The notes beneath the pieces were generated by a model. That model had not been told where the DNA came from and did not search any database. It saw nothing but the letters and a program-made list of their open reading frames with translations. The translations under genes and the position numbers were made by a program. From positions 85,066,001 to 85,130,000 of the forward strand of contig CM052816.1 in assembly GCA_028534125.1 (NCBI GenBank): a stretch of DNA of 64,000 nt. The letters are read 5' to 3'. Every line of letters begins with the position of its first letter. Position 1 is the stretch's first letter. This DNA is from Lama glama. Taxonomy: Eukaryota. Of this stretch, positions 25,562 through 39,487 are shown piece after piece.

Positions 25562-27577
25562 GAAAATGTAGAAATTGAAATTTATAATACAAAACAACTA
25601 AACAAAAATAACGGCTTATTTTACATATGACATATTCATTTAGGAGAAAGTATTCTGGAAAAAATATCGAAAGTACTATTTTAGAGAAAAATAAAAGTAA
25701 TATTTAAGGCAAAAATATGATAGAATGTTTACATGTTTTTCTTATCTACCTTACTAACGTAAGGTTCGTATAGTTTCTGTAGGGCAATTATTCTTGCATA
25801 AATTTTTTCTTTCCTATAACCATGAAGCTATATTAAGGCTATTTCTCTTCTTTTGTAGTTGGGAATTTCTTTTGCAGGTATAAAATATGGTTTTTCAAAC
25901 ATACACATGTTTAATAACTACCTTTCTTTGAAAGGCTTTAGGTGAAAAGCATTTGAATCTGATCAAAGAAGTCAGCGTGGTGTAACAGAACAGGGATTGA
26001 GTTTGACAGGAAATGAAGGGAAAGGTGCCGTTTGAGAGGCTGACCATAGACAGTAGTAAACCAAATACAGCAAGTTAGATACAAATCTAAAGTGTAATTC
26101 AGTATTCTATTCAGAACCGAGGACATGATTTGATGCCATGGGGAAAAGCCTCAGAATATTCAGGTGAGAAGCACCCTGGAGGCAAACTAGCAACCAATGT
26201 AGTATTGGGAAATGTAAATGTGTGTGAAAATCAGCAAGAGAGTCCAGTTCTCCTGGAATGAAACCTAATACTTAGCAGCAGTTTCAAAACTCCAGTCAGT
26301 GATCAAAATTTGAAGCTACAGTATCAGGAAGAGCAATTGAAATAATAATAAGAAGAATAAGAATAAAAAAATTGCAAGGAATCTAGCAGAACCACTGTCC
26401 TGTGATTGAACTAATGAAGGGGTTCAAGCCACAGAGTCAGTTTACAATGACGAGGAATTATAGGGGAAATACAGATTCTAGCAATTGTTTAGTATTAGAT
26501 TTGAAGAACTGAACATTAAAATTCATTAGGATTCTCAGCTAACTTTGTTAACTTCCATCCTGAATCACATATTTCTCAGAATTCAGTGAACAATTTCTCA
26601 TATGGGTTAGGGCCCATTTGGGAAGTTTTAGAAATACTCAAATAACCTCCTTACCCTAGAACTCTATTTGTTCTAATCAATCACCTCTGTGTTCCCTCTC
26701 TTTCATATGCTAGCAAACATAATTTAACACTCCCAATACCTCCATAAAAATATAATAAACATCCTTCCACCATAATCTTTCCTTTGCAAGACCCCCGGAA
26801 AAAAAGATGTAATCTACATTAATTCCCAGTCCTTCCTCTAAATACTTCTGCATGAATCTTTTTTCTATTCTTTCATCAAGCTGCTAAGAAGTGAAAAATC
26901 CATCTATGAAGACAGTCTTTCTTGTAGATTCATGTTAGGTAAGCAGGCATTGCTTGCCTGAACACTGATCAGCTCTTCCATTCTCTTTCTGTGTTCATTT
27001 TTCCCTTGCCTCACTGGATCTCCAGTTCAAAGATTAAGAGCAGAGGTGTCTGTAGGCATTTATGTCACATGTACAAGTGATCAGAATTCCCAATGATGCT
27101 GTCTATGACTCCTGCAGATATCATTCATTAGCAGTTGAACTTCCTTTGGAGGTAGGAGATATGCTACTCAAATGATTAAATACTACCCCCTTAGCTTTCT
27201 GTATTCAGTGCTACTGCAAAAGACGAGAATATTTGTCATCAAAGAGGCTCTCTGGATATCCCACTTGACTTCCATTTCCATGTTTACTACTATGAATCAT
27301 TTGCTATCCTTTTTTTTTTTTAAGAGATTTAACAGAGTTCAGCAATGGCCATCCTATCCCGTTTTTCTTAGACTTATTTTCCCTCAGCAACATTTCAAAC
27401 TTCTGATATATTATACCAGTTAGTTTCTTTCACGTCACTGGCAAATCATCCAAATTCCCCAGTGGTGAAAGGTGTAAATCCTGGCCTGCCACTTTGTGTC
27501 TAGGGTTACCTATGTTACATCCACCACCAGTCCTGATCGTAAGTCAAGCAGGGGGTGATTTAGTTCCAAAAGCCAAC

Positions 27578-27930
27578 TGCCACAGGTTGCTTTTACTGGG
27601 TTGCATACTCTGGGACAGAGTTCAGCAAATAGGCCGTTTATTAAAAAGTTACATGGGTAACAACAAATGGGGAGGGCAGTGAGGGAGGAGGATTAGGTGA
27701 AGGGAGAAACTGAGCTTTGAGAAAGGGCCATCAGCTTCAGTCACCTCCAAAAGGAGCTGTGGAACAGAAACGTCCTGTCACAATTTTTCTTGCAGTTAGA
27801 CTGAAATAGCAGAGCCTGGCTCAGTCCGCACGTGTGGACCCAGAGGTGGCTGCAGCCGAGGTGCCGGAAAGAACTAACAGCTGAAGTGTTCCCCAGAAGC
27901 ACTTAGGTCTGTGTGCAACATATCCTTCCA
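27578..27930 (-). mobile_element. ERV-L LTR (LTR40-like)
   Basis: tgccacaggttgc...actctgggacagagttcagc...gtttatt...ggattaggtgaagggagaaactgagct...aggagctgtggaac. Confidence 0.7.
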
Positions 27931-29989
27931 TGAGGAAGGATCCAAGTAATACATGTCTATGTTCAACACACACCCACCTTTTTGTGCCTTATTCTGAACA
28001 GATTTGGGTTCATCAACATTGTAAAATTGACCACACCCCCCCACAACAGAAAACAACAACAAAACACCTCCCTGAGATTTTCAGCTTCTTTCAACATGAC
28101 TTCTTAGTCTTTTGTGGACAACTTAATTTTGGGAAAATAGTTCAAGAACAAAATGAGTAAGTGAGTAAATAATTATAACATCCTCTCTGTGCTTTTATTT
28201 CCTCCCTAAGGTCTAAATTTCTCAAGATCAGGCTGTTTGGGCAGAGTTCCAATGCTTTTTATGATTATAACATGCACATTTTAGTAAATGTTGCAAATAT
28301 ATTTCAATTCTTGTTCTGAGAAATGGGGCACATTGGTGTAAGAGATTCTATCATTGTCAAAAGTAGATTTCTCTACTGTTTTCAACCTATTAAAAATTAT
28401 CTGATAATTTATTTTTATCACACATTTATATGTCACTTACTTTGCACACTTACTAGGCAAAACATTCTTTTTAAGAGTCTTGGAATCTGACCCAATTTGA
28501 TTAGCTTTTCCATCTTGGGAGAAAAGAGTAAGTAGGAGGCAGCGTGGGAGGCAGCAGGAACTTTTAAACACTCTTCAATGATCATATTTAAGAGGCAAAT
28601 ATATGCTGAATGATTTATTCCCTAAAAATGGATTCTAATCTGAAATGGCAGAGTTTAACAATATATTACACTTGTTAAAGCCATTTTAGTTTTTATAAAT
28701 GGATTTTTTCACACATGCCAGATAATATTTTATTCTCCTATACTAGTAAGTTAAATTCAATCAGTTACTGAAGCCACATACTGTCAGAAAAAGAAACTAT
28801 CTGCATTTAAAATAGACAAAGTATCTGGAAAAAGATAAAGTATGAAATCTATACATTACACTTGATCAATGTGGGGTATTGAAACAAAATTTCCTTTGAT
28901 GTTGATGTACTATAGTGGCCCATAAGACAGAGTGGATGACTTTCCCTGTCAGAACTGATCTGAACTTGGATTGAGAAACAGGAACTCTAAGCCACAAAAG
29001 CAGAAAATTCTAGTTGGGTTTTAGACATATTATAGGTGCCCTTGACCCTCATGACTTTTAAAGATTAAATTATATAGAAGGTGTAGTTCAAAATTAATCT
29101 GACACATCATTTCCTGATATAATTTCTTGGTGGAATATCATACTTCTGTAATAAAAATACACTTAAAATATCTCAAATTAATTTGTCCCCACAGTCTAAT
29201 AGTAGATATAATAATGTCATGATAATGCATGTTCTCCTTGGAAATTCAAAATAAAAACTGAAATATATTTATACCTTCTTATCATATGTATTTCAAGACA
29301 GCATTGTAATATATTTTAGTGTATGTATAATGTTTTTAATTCATTGTGTAATTTTAGGACAATATTACAAAGTCTTTGAGACTAATTTCACATATGAAAT
29401 TAATTTTGAAAACTAGAAGGACTGAGTTGTTAAAATATTGTTAATGAATTAATATTTTCAGTGCAGTATTTATTAAGTTATTAATGTCATGTTTTAATTA
29501 TTTGAATATGTGTCATTTTTCATTCATTTAAATATGAGGAAAAAAAATAACCTTGGCATCCTTTGCATTGTTTCCCACTTCCCACAGATCTGTTGAGATA
29601 GGTTTTAGTTCCTCCTCTTATTGGTACCTAAAATATGAACAGAACTATAGTCCACCATAGTTTTATTTTTTATAGTGAGTTATAAAGAAAAAAGAAAATC
29701 TAGTAGAAGGATTTTTAATATTATAATCTATGGATATCAAAATATTTTAGAATTAGGATGACCTGTTACTTTTACTGTAGTTAGATATAGCCAATCTATC
29801 AGAACCTTGCCAAATAGAATTTCATCTCGTTGGTCTAAATGATACATTTTAAATTTCATTCCACAGAAAAATAAAAAGCCTAAATTCCAAGTTAAGTAAC
29901 TGAAATAGTGAATTTTTTTTTAATTTTCTGATTTTAAAATGTTTAAACATACCAAAGTTTAATAATAATAATATTGTGCCATAACTTTC

Positions 29990-31812
29990 TCTTATAAAGC
30001 AACAATAACATTATCTTTTCTAAGATAACCCCAAAATAAAATCTAATATATAGTTTATAGTTTATATTCAAATGTCTCAAAAATATTTTATAGTTACTTT
30101 CTTTTTCAAACTGAGATTCAGTCAAGCTTCCCTTTTCACATATTTTTGCTATGCTTTTTAAGTCACCTTAAATATTAAGCAATGCATAGTTTTGGTTTTT
30201 TTTTTTTTTTTTTTTTTTTACAGAACATTGATTTTATGAAGAGACCAAGTCAGTTTTCATGTAAAATGCAATAATAGATTCTGGATTTGTTTAACTGTCT
30301 TCTCACAGTGTCATTTAATGTGGTCTTCTATCCCCTAAAAAATCTAAGCCTAGAAACCTGACTACATTCAGGATAAATTGCTGGCAAGAACTTTTTATAA
30401 GTAAAGATTCCTACTTCATATCATATTAGACTGGAAGGCACTAAATGGCAATTTGTCTTAAACTTAGAGATAATCTTTCATCACATTTAATGGTCTTTTC
30501 TTCCATTTACATGTATTAGCAGCTATTACTCTGTCATACCACTTCATGCCACTGGGCTCATTCAGTTTTTAAAAAATTTCAATGTGTTAAAGTCAATTAT
30601 ATTAAGTATTCTCTCATTGCTCAAAATATCCCAAATGTGTACTGTGGGAGCCTCCTTTAACCTGCTCCTTGTGCCCTTTTGATCTTGCACTATTGCTTTT
30701 TCTTTTCCTTTTTCTTCCTTTGTTTTCACTTGCTCTCATTCTGGAAGAACAGGAGATCGAGAGTCATCGTGTATTCTTTCTGCTCAGAGTTGGCATGGGT
30801 CATTTCTCCAGGGATATATGATTCTTTTTAGCAGGTAATGATAATTAAACACACATGGTGTTTATACATGATGATATTCAAAGACAATCACTGAAACACA
30901 AATACCTTGGTGCCAGCTCTATAATTATTACTGGAGTGTCATTGATATTAAGCCTTTTCAGTGTACAAGGCTGGGAATATGAGTTTATGCTAATGTGCAA
31001 TTCAAATCATAGTAGTTTCTAATTAAGTAATTATTTTCACTTTATATTTGCCTCTTTATTCATTATAAGAACAATGAAAATGGTTATTCCTATTTACAGT
31101 ACTATATATTACATATATACAAATATATAAATGCACATATTGAATTACATATACATTTGTATATTTTATATATAATTTTCAAAATTTCAATATGAATACT
31201 ACTAGTATAATAAAGCTGACAAGTATAAACAATTTTTGGACTTAGAATATATTATATTGAAGGATATAGAATCAGAACACTATGTTCCAAATCACTTAAA
31301 ATAACATTTGTTTTTTTTGGTGGTTATATTTTTCAGTTTGATGAACATTTCACTTTATTTGGTTTCCTTTTTACTAATCATATTCAATTCAAATGTGCCC
31401 TTTTAATAAAATTTTATTTTTGAATGTGTAAAAATCTATGTCAAATTGTATAAAAATGAAATGTTTAGAGAGGTTTTGGTATTCTCACTAAAGCCTCACC
31501 CTGTGTTTATTCACTCCTACTACAATTAGGCATTGATACTTTTAGGAATAATGCTTTAATGAATTACTTGTATACATGCTGTTTCCCACTTGTGGAGATA
31601 TTTCTCAACAGTGTTGGTTCAGAGGATAAATGTATATGTAATTTTTTCAGATGTTTCCAATTTTCCTTCCATAGGATTTATACTCTTTTGGACTCTGACT
31701 GACAATGAATCAAAGTTCCTTTTCTTCATAGTCTTATCAACAGAGTGTGTATAGTATTCAGTTACTGCCAAACTAACAGGTCAGAAATGGCATCTTCAGT
31801 GTAGTTTAATCA
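29990..31812 (-). mobile_element. old L1 (L1MC/L1ME-like) 3' UTR and ORF2 end, fragmented
   Basis: tgaagagaccaagtcagttttc, ttgctcaaaatatcccaaatgtgtactgtgggagcctcc, catttctccaggga, agaaatggcatcttcagtgtagtttaat. Confidence 0.75.
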
Positions 31813-34800
31813 ACGTTCAAATTAGTCAAGTAGTATGTGGTACTTCATACAGTAAAGTTATAGATTCAGAATGAAAAACTATACCCTTTTCCCTTTTTTC
31901 TTTAATTTTATGGTGCTCATTCTGATTAACTTTTTAAATGAAATTTCTCTTATGCCCAGTAAAATAACCCTGGTGTGGGCCACAACTATCAACTCACCAT
32001 TAGTAGTCTGAGAATGTTCACAAAATTATCAAGCTGTTAAAACTCCACAATTGGTTTCTTTTGTTAAATTGTTGTAAAAACTGTACTTCTAAAGTTACTA
32101 ACTTATGACTAGATAAGACAACAGTGTGAGTAGGTAGCCATATAATTAGACCATATGTCCACTACTCACATCATACATTTATGTTGGAAAATAAGACAGA
32201 GAAAATTTCTATTAACGTTTACTGGCTTGCTAAGAATGATGGCTCTGAAGAGTGACTATAATCATATTATATTCAAGAGATGATTGTGATGTAGAATTGA
32301 ATATAATTTAAAAATGGGTCTCTTCTGGTTACATAATTTTCAGAGGGTCAAGCATTCAGCAGTAAAGCTGAGATTGGATCTCAGATTAGTCTTTATTTCC
32401 TATATTCTTTCTCAAAACAACAGTTGTAGGCAAATATGACACTGATGAATTCAGAATGACAGGATGCTGATTTTCCCAGGATAAAAAATAGATACACCAA
32501 ATTTCAAAAAATCTGTATTTAGTACCTTAGTACACTAAGACTTAAGAAATCACCCAACCCTGACAATGGTAAGAAATTACATAACTAAACAATGCAGCAT
32601 GACTACAAAACAGGGTTAAGCAGCACGGTGACTTCCTATTCCCAGGGGACACTGGCATTGTCCGTCTCTAGTCAGGCACTTGGGGGCAGTAATGTTCCTC
32701 TCATCAGCTGTTGTCGTATGAATTCATTGTTTTCCTGTGTGTGTGTGGTTTTTTTTTTTCAGGGTTTTTCTTCACTGATAAAATTTATATTATAATAAAG
32801 AATTTCTTTTATGTCTTACTTGGGCATTTATGGACCTTATATATGCATTCAATATCTTTATCAAAATAAGTTTACATATAGCACAAACACAGGAATTAGC
32901 CCTTTGTAGGTAACTGAGATAGGAACAATAAAAATGAAATGCAATTAGTCACAAAACATGAGATTTTGAGAACATATATATTTTAATTATATAACAAGAC
33001 ATGTGATATTAGTTAAAATTTAGGTATAAGTGATAGAAATTCTGAAACCACATCAATTCTAATTCTATTTGGCAAATAATACTTAACATATTTCTCAATT
33101 TTAAATCATTTTAAGATAATTTTTAAAGTAATATTATATAAATAATTTTAAAGATGCAATGCTTTAACATTCACACTAATTATTCCTAAATATAAGATAG
33201 AATTATTGAAAAACTTTTCATGTAAATTTTGTTCAACATAACTCTTGAGTTTAATACTCAGAAAGATTCATTTTTAGTTCCATTTTGATTTTTTTCTTTT
33301 GAATTCTACCCTTTATTAATAAAACTAAAATATTAACGTTTGAAGGGAAAAATATTTTATAAGCTTTTCACTAAATACATCTGTAGTAGAATAAATCCTA
33401 GTTGATCAACACCAGCAATACTTTATGGGTACTTCAAAAGTACTTTGTCATTATATTTAGCATTTTATTTTTCTCTCTTATATATTGGCTTCTGGTCTAC
33501 AAATTGAGAAGGAAAGATACAATTTTTTTCTGTGATTATTTTTAATGTTATTAGTAGCAGGAGAAATCTCAGTGTGAAAATATATACATGCTGTCAACAT
33601 TAAAATTTCTTAAAAATATTGAGCTGTAAAGAAGTGTAAATAACAAACCACTCTGTAAAAGTCCTCAGAGTCTCATCTGGCTAGTGTATTATATTTCTAA
33701 CAATTCCAACTTCACACTGTTTTCAGGTGCTTTTTGGATACAATTTGCTCACTTATATTCTGTAGCTTTAAAGAACTGGAAATCTCTCACACAAGTACAG
33801 AGAAAGCATGTAACAGCAGTGGTTTGAATTGCTGTGAATGAATTGCATACAAGTAGATCAAACAATAGTTTACCAGCTAGCATTATATCCAGATATCCAG
33901 AAGGGCATATCTGCTCTACCTTTGTAAAAGGGAAAAGATCATGGGAAATGTCTCAACAAAAATAAAGAACAGTGATGGATTTAAACAAACAAACAAACAA
34001 AATGCTCTAGTCTTTGGGAGTCCCAAGTCCTACCTCTTTATAACCAATGATGTAAATTACTATAAATGACAATAAAACATCTTGATCACCCCATAGTTCC
34101 TATTGTCTGATTTTCCAAACACAGTTAAAATTTCCACAAACCCTGCTTACTGATATGGAAGAAATTTTAACCCTTGCTTGATCATGAGCTGCTGTAAAAA
34201 AAAAAAAAGAAATTATAAATTAAAACAGACAAAATAGGACATTGATTATGAATGACTAATTACTCTCCAAATCAGAGCACTGGCCCCTGCAGCGTCCTTT
34301 CTTGATATCACTGCAGCCATCAATGTTCAGCCTACCCATGCACAGGCATGAAATTGAAGAACAGGAATTAAACGTTAGGAGCATTATGTTAGCCACCACA
34401 TACAGATAATTCTCCTGACTTAGATAATGTTCTTAACAAGGATAGCATGATAATTTTAATTAAAAGTTACACATTTTGGTTGGCTTAAGTGAAAAATGGT
34501 TGGGATAGTTGACTTCATCTCCTTCAGAGTCAGAGAAAATCTCAGACATGTAGTAACATTTTATCTGTTTAACTGTGAACAAATGAATTTATCAATTCTC
34601 ACAACAAAATTATTATTGCATACTAGCATTTTCAATATACATCTTACATGCTTCTAAATTACTTTGCTATTATTTAATTTCAGAGCCTTTATGTTGCTCA
34701 TTTTAATGGGGAAAATTCTTTTCAATGCATATATAGAATTTGGTATGACTTTGTGTAACATGAACGAATGGGGTGACAAGGATGAACAATACCCTTACAG

Positions 34801-35173
34801 CAAACACATTCTGATTAAATCATGTCCTGAAAAATATCCAATCCTGAGAGAATTAAAGGAAAAACACAGGCACCGAATATAAATTAAGAAAATTAAGGTG
34901 AGGTTTGTGGGGTTGATGTTATGACAGAAAACAGAAACTTCCAATCTAGACAGACCCTAAAATCAGAGTGCTAACATCCTAGTGCCAGTGGCCAATAATG
35001 TGGCTAAAATTTCAAAATATTCATTACCAAACAAGAAAAGAGACAAATAAACAAACCTAAGCAAAGAGACAAAACTATCTATTGACTACAAGTACATCAA
35101 AGCAAAAGATAATTTTAAAAGAATACTTCATTAAGAAAATTCATGAGGCCCACTAAGAATTTTCTTAGTGAAG

Positions 35174-35324
35174 TTTTCTTTCAATTTCTTGTAATAAGTT
35201 GTAATGGAAACTAGTCTGAAAAAATGTGTATGTATGTATATGTATAACCGAATCACTTTGCTGTACACCTGAAACTAACATTGTGAACTGACTATGCTTC
35301 AATAAAAAATAAGAATTAAAAAAA
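35174..35324 (+). mobile_element. short L1 3' tail insertion
   Basis: aatcactttgctgtacacctgaaactaacattgtgaactgactatgcttcaataaaaa; degenerate TSD aagaattttcttagtgaag (35155-35173) / aagaaaattcttaatgaag (35325-35343). Confidence 0.85.
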
Positions 35325-36354
35325 AAGAAAATTCTTAATGAAGAATAACTATATATTGAATCTTCAAACATTAAAACTCTACGCCTTTAAACATATATTT
35401 TAAAATTTTTTGCAGCTTTTCCAGTGATTTCCACTGTGGGAACAAAAACTAAATGGATGCTATTGTATCTCCCAACTTATAGCCTTGCAAGAGATTTTCT
35501 TAGATACGATCAGTATAGGTAAGCCTCATAAATGATAATCTAAATAATTTGAATGATCATTTCAAGGGTGCATTTAACCTGAAGCTGGAGTTCCTATGTA
35601 TTGTTCGGATAAGCATTTTATGTGTAGTCTACACAAGTAAACTACATGAGTAATAGAGTTGTACATGCAGTTTACACAATCACCCTCTTATTTTAAGTGG
35701 TATTTCAAAAAGATGTACACCAAATACTGTTTTGAACTGCTCTCAATAACATCATAGTCCCAATAAAGTTGTGGTTAAAGACATATCTTGACTCATTTCC
35801 AGGGTAAAGATTTAATCCAAGGGACAGCTGAATACTCCACCATTTGTCTAAAATCACAGGCCATCACTTCAAAAGATAACTCAAGTATGACTTTTAATTG
35901 ACAACTTGGTCCATATCACTAATTAAAAGTATTATCTATATTATACACTTCAAAGTTATTAGCAATGAATGCATGTTTAATGTGGTTTTTACTTTTTAGT
36001 AATCAATGAAGGTACAATCACTTTATATACTGTTAGCTTTATATATTAAAATGACCATTTTAAATGTAAGAGGAAGGTACTTAGCAAAAATTAGCTACAT
36101 ATAAAGGATTAATGGCTACTCCTACTAGAAGATCCACTGTTGTATTATCATTAGAATGACTAACTTTACACATTTATGATGGACCTCCATTTCTCCATTT
36201 CTTGGCCTTACTACTTTTGTTGATTTTATTCTCCAGAAATCTTATCCATCACTGCCAGCATTTCCAGACTTACAATGATCCATTCTTAGAGCCCACAAAC
36301 TCAAAGAGATAATATTTTTCTTCCTCTGAACTTCACAGGGTAGAGCAATAGCAC

Positions 36355-36893
36355 TGTCCTCTCTGGTTGTCCTGCTCATATCCCCACAAACCACAAAGAC
36401 AAGGGCTTGACCACAGTTTGAGTCTTGGTGGAATGCCTTGTGATTTTCCTGGAACAGGAGAAGATGAAAAGTCTTTGAGGAGCTCCTCCAAGGCCATCCT
36501 GCACTTGCCTTTGTGTATCACTGGTAAGGCTGTCCTGAGGTAGTTTCTTATCACTTCCCAGATTCTGATAAGCTATGTGGCTCTCTGTCCTGCACCCCTC
36601 AGAACAAGACTGCAGAATATACAACCTCAGAACATAAGCTGCAGTCTAGAATGAGATCCTCAGCAACAGGGTATCCAAAATCTCATGGTGCGGTCGTTCA
36701 ACCCCTTTCGTGTGCATGTCCTCCCGTTTTGGGTACAGGACAAGAATCATGGGGAGTTGGCACCTCAGATTTATTCTTCTCATTGTCTATGTAAGCAGTA
36801 AACAGTCTAATGTAAAAATGGTTGTCTTATCATTTTCTCTACCAGCTAAATCAGTTAGACCTTGGCATTATCTTGTCTTGTGTGTGCCTGACA
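36355..36893 (+). mobile_element. ERV-L class LTR (MER54/MER73/MER74 group)
   Basis: TG...CA-bounded GC-richer block ending ctatgtaagcagtaaacagtct...accagctaaatcagttagaccttggc...tcttgtcttgtgtgtgcctgaca. Confidence 0.7.
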
Positions 36894-37069
36894 GCAAGAT
36901 GAAATGACCATGAAAGTTGTCATGGAAAGAAAGAAAGACCTTTTTATAATGTGGAAGAAGAATTTTAAAACTTTGGAAGACAGAAATATTAAATTGCCAC
37001 TAATGTATATTTCAACCAAAGATACCTTAGTTTTTCTTAACTTTTATAAAGATTCCAGATAATTATTTT

Positions 37070-37535
37070 ATATGTTACTTTGCTATTGCTGATGTAACAA
37101 ATTAGCACGAATTTATGTCTTTAAACAACACAAATGTAATATCTTACATTTTTACAGGATAGAAGTCAGACACTGGGCTTGCTCTTGGGGAGAATCCATT
37201 TCCCTGACTTTTTTAGCTTCTAGACACGTTCCCCTCCTTCAGTGGCTCAAGGCTCTCTTCTTCCATTTTCAAAATCCATACTGTGCATCCCTCTGACCAT
37301 TCTTCTGTCATTACATTTCCCACTCATCACAGTTAAAAAAGATGTCTGCCTTTAGGACCCCTGTGATTAGATTTAGCTCACTCAGATAAGGATTATCCAA
37401 GATAATGTCCCCATTTCAGGATTCTTAATGTAACAACACCTGTAAAGTCCCTTTTGCCATCTAAGATCACGTATTCACAGGTCCTAGAATTTAGAATGGG
37501 CACATTTTTAGGAAGGCATTATTCTGCCTACCACA
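37070..37535 (-). mobile_element. MaLR LTR (MLT1C/D-like)
   Basis: ctattgctgatgtaacaaattagcac...ggggagaatccatttccctgactttt...aaagtcccttttgccat...ttattctgcctaccaca. Confidence 0.88.
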
Positions 37536-38042
37536 CTTTCCTATGCCATTGAGAAGTTGCTGAGGGAAGTATACAACTGCTTAAAAAACATACTTGTAGT
37601 TATACTTCTTACATTTGGAATGCTAGTGGGAGAAGATAAAATTAAATTCGAGTCCACAGTCCTAGCAGGCATAGGGTAAACATAGAATTAGCATGAATGG
37701 TTGCTAGCAGGAACTATGGAAATCAAAACATTGTGGTCATTATGAAAAGCAGAAGAGCAGATGGACCATTCTGAACCTAGAGAGTGGTCTGACATGCAGG
37801 AATCACACTGAAAATATATGGCTCCCAAGAATGAAATTAACAGACAGCTAAGTAACTAAACAGTGGGTAACCAAGTAACTAGTAAAAGTAAGATTTCATA
37901 ATTGAAAACATCTGGGTCACCACACGAACTACAATGCTCTAAAATCACGGTCCTCTTCTGTTTCCAAACCTATTAAAAAATCCGAGCACTTTGAATTAAA
38001 AAGGTTTGGTGAGTCTCCTAAGGAATTTTGCTCTTATATTTT

Positions 38043-38092
38043 ATATATATATATATAAATGTATATATATATAATATATATATATATATATA
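38043..38092. repeat. (TA)n microsatellite
   Basis: Direct reading. Confidence 0.85.
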
Positions 38093-38337
38093 AAAAACAT
38101 TGATCTGATCCTTTCCCAAAGGACCTGTTATTCATTGTCGAACCAAGCAACTGACTCTAAATTAACCCCAATTCCAACATGTGACATTAGTCTACTTGGC
38201 TGGACCCAGCAACCCAGCTTTATCAGGTGATAAATGGAGTCATTACTGAAGATCTCCTCATTATAAACAAGGTTGCCCTAAATTGACTTATGTACATTTA
38301 CTCATTCCCTGAGAGCAGTTGAATGTCAATTTTTTTT

Positions 38338-38837
38338 NNNNNNNNNNNNNNNNNNNNNNNNNNNNNNNNNNNNNNNNNNNNNNNNNNNNNNNNNNNNNNN
38401 NNNNNNNNNNNNNNNNNNNNNNNNNNNNNNNNNNNNNNNNNNNNNNNNNNNNNNNNNNNNNNNNNNNNNNNNNNNNNNNNNNNNNNNNNNNNNNNNNNNN
38501 NNNNNNNNNNNNNNNNNNNNNNNNNNNNNNNNNNNNNNNNNNNNNNNNNNNNNNNNNNNNNNNNNNNNNNNNNNNNNNNNNNNNNNNNNNNNNNNNNNNN
38601 NNNNNNNNNNNNNNNNNNNNNNNNNNNNNNNNNNNNNNNNNNNNNNNNNNNNNNNNNNNNNNNNNNNNNNNNNNNNNNNNNNNNNNNNNNNNNNNNNNNN
38701 NNNNNNNNNNNNNNNNNNNNNNNNNNNNNNNNNNNNNNNNNNNNNNNNNNNNNNNNNNNNNNNNNNNNNNNNNNNNNNNNNNNNNNNNNNNNNNNNNNNN
38801 NNNNNNNNNNNNNNNNNNNNNNNNNNNNNNNNNNNNN
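38338..38837. other. assembly gap (500 N)
   Basis: Run of N; the ORFs spanning it are artefacts. Confidence 1.
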
Positions 38838-38965
38838 GTTATTCCTCCAGCCTCTTTCTTTCTCTTCAATAATGCTTTGGCAATTCTAGGTCTTTGATGG
38901 TTCCATATAAATTTTATTATGATTTGCTCTAGTTCTGTGAAATATGTCCTGGGTAATTGGATAGG
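38838..38965 (-). mobile_element. young L1 ORF2 fragment abutting the gap
   Basis: Stop-free PIQLPRTYFTELEQIIIKFIWNHQRPRIAKALLKRKKEAGGI; a T-run at 38330-38337 lies on the other side of the gap. Confidence 0.93.
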
Positions 38966-39069
38966 AAAAGACACAGTTCTGAATATATTCTCTTTACTAG
39001 AGTAGAGTAATGTAGCCCTTGGAAGTTGGAATAAAGATGATTACTGTTGTAAATTATGTTTCTCTATAG

Positions 39070-39286
39070 CAGAGATCTGCAAACTACAGCTGTGGGGACT
39101 CTCATCTGCTGTTTTTGTAAATAAAGTTTTATTGGAACACAGCAACATCATTCATTTACATTTTGTCTGTGGCTGCTCTTGCACTGCAATCGTAGACTGA
39201 AGTATTTGCAACAGAGTCTTCATGACTCACAAAACTTAAAATATTTACTCCTCTGGCCTTTTACAGAAAGAGTGTGTCAATCTCTG
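39070..39286 (+). mobile_element. MER58A hAT-Charlie MITE
   Basis: cagagatctgcaaactacagc...gtttttgtaaataaagttttattggaacacagc...ccttttacagaaagagtgtgtcaatctctg, with cag...ctg termini. Confidence 0.9.
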
Positions 39287-39432
39287 GTTTATGTCAATAA
39301 GCAGAGAAGCATAGGAGAGAGTTGCTTTCACCAGGCAGGAACTGGAGTGTTCTAGTTTCCTTTTTCAGTAATAATTATTTGTTTCTCTTTCTCAAGTAGT
39401 ACAAAGAGGTTTTACCATCTATTTATTTCACT

Positions 39433-39434
<2 letters not shown>

Positions 39435-39484
<50 letters not shown>
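39435..39484. repeat. (TG)25 microsatellite inside the ERV-L RT remnant
   Basis: Perfect TG run. Confidence 0.95.

Positions 39485-39487
<3 letters not shown>

Noticed and set aside
32440..32765. Splice-like signals (ttttcccag...atg/gtaag; ttttttttcag)
   Set aside because: No recognisable coding sequence, and isolated motifs are insufficient evidence for an exon.
38288..38974. The longest ORFs in the track (228, 192 and 188 aa)
   Set aside because: They are open only because they run through the N gap; the real part is L1 ORF2.
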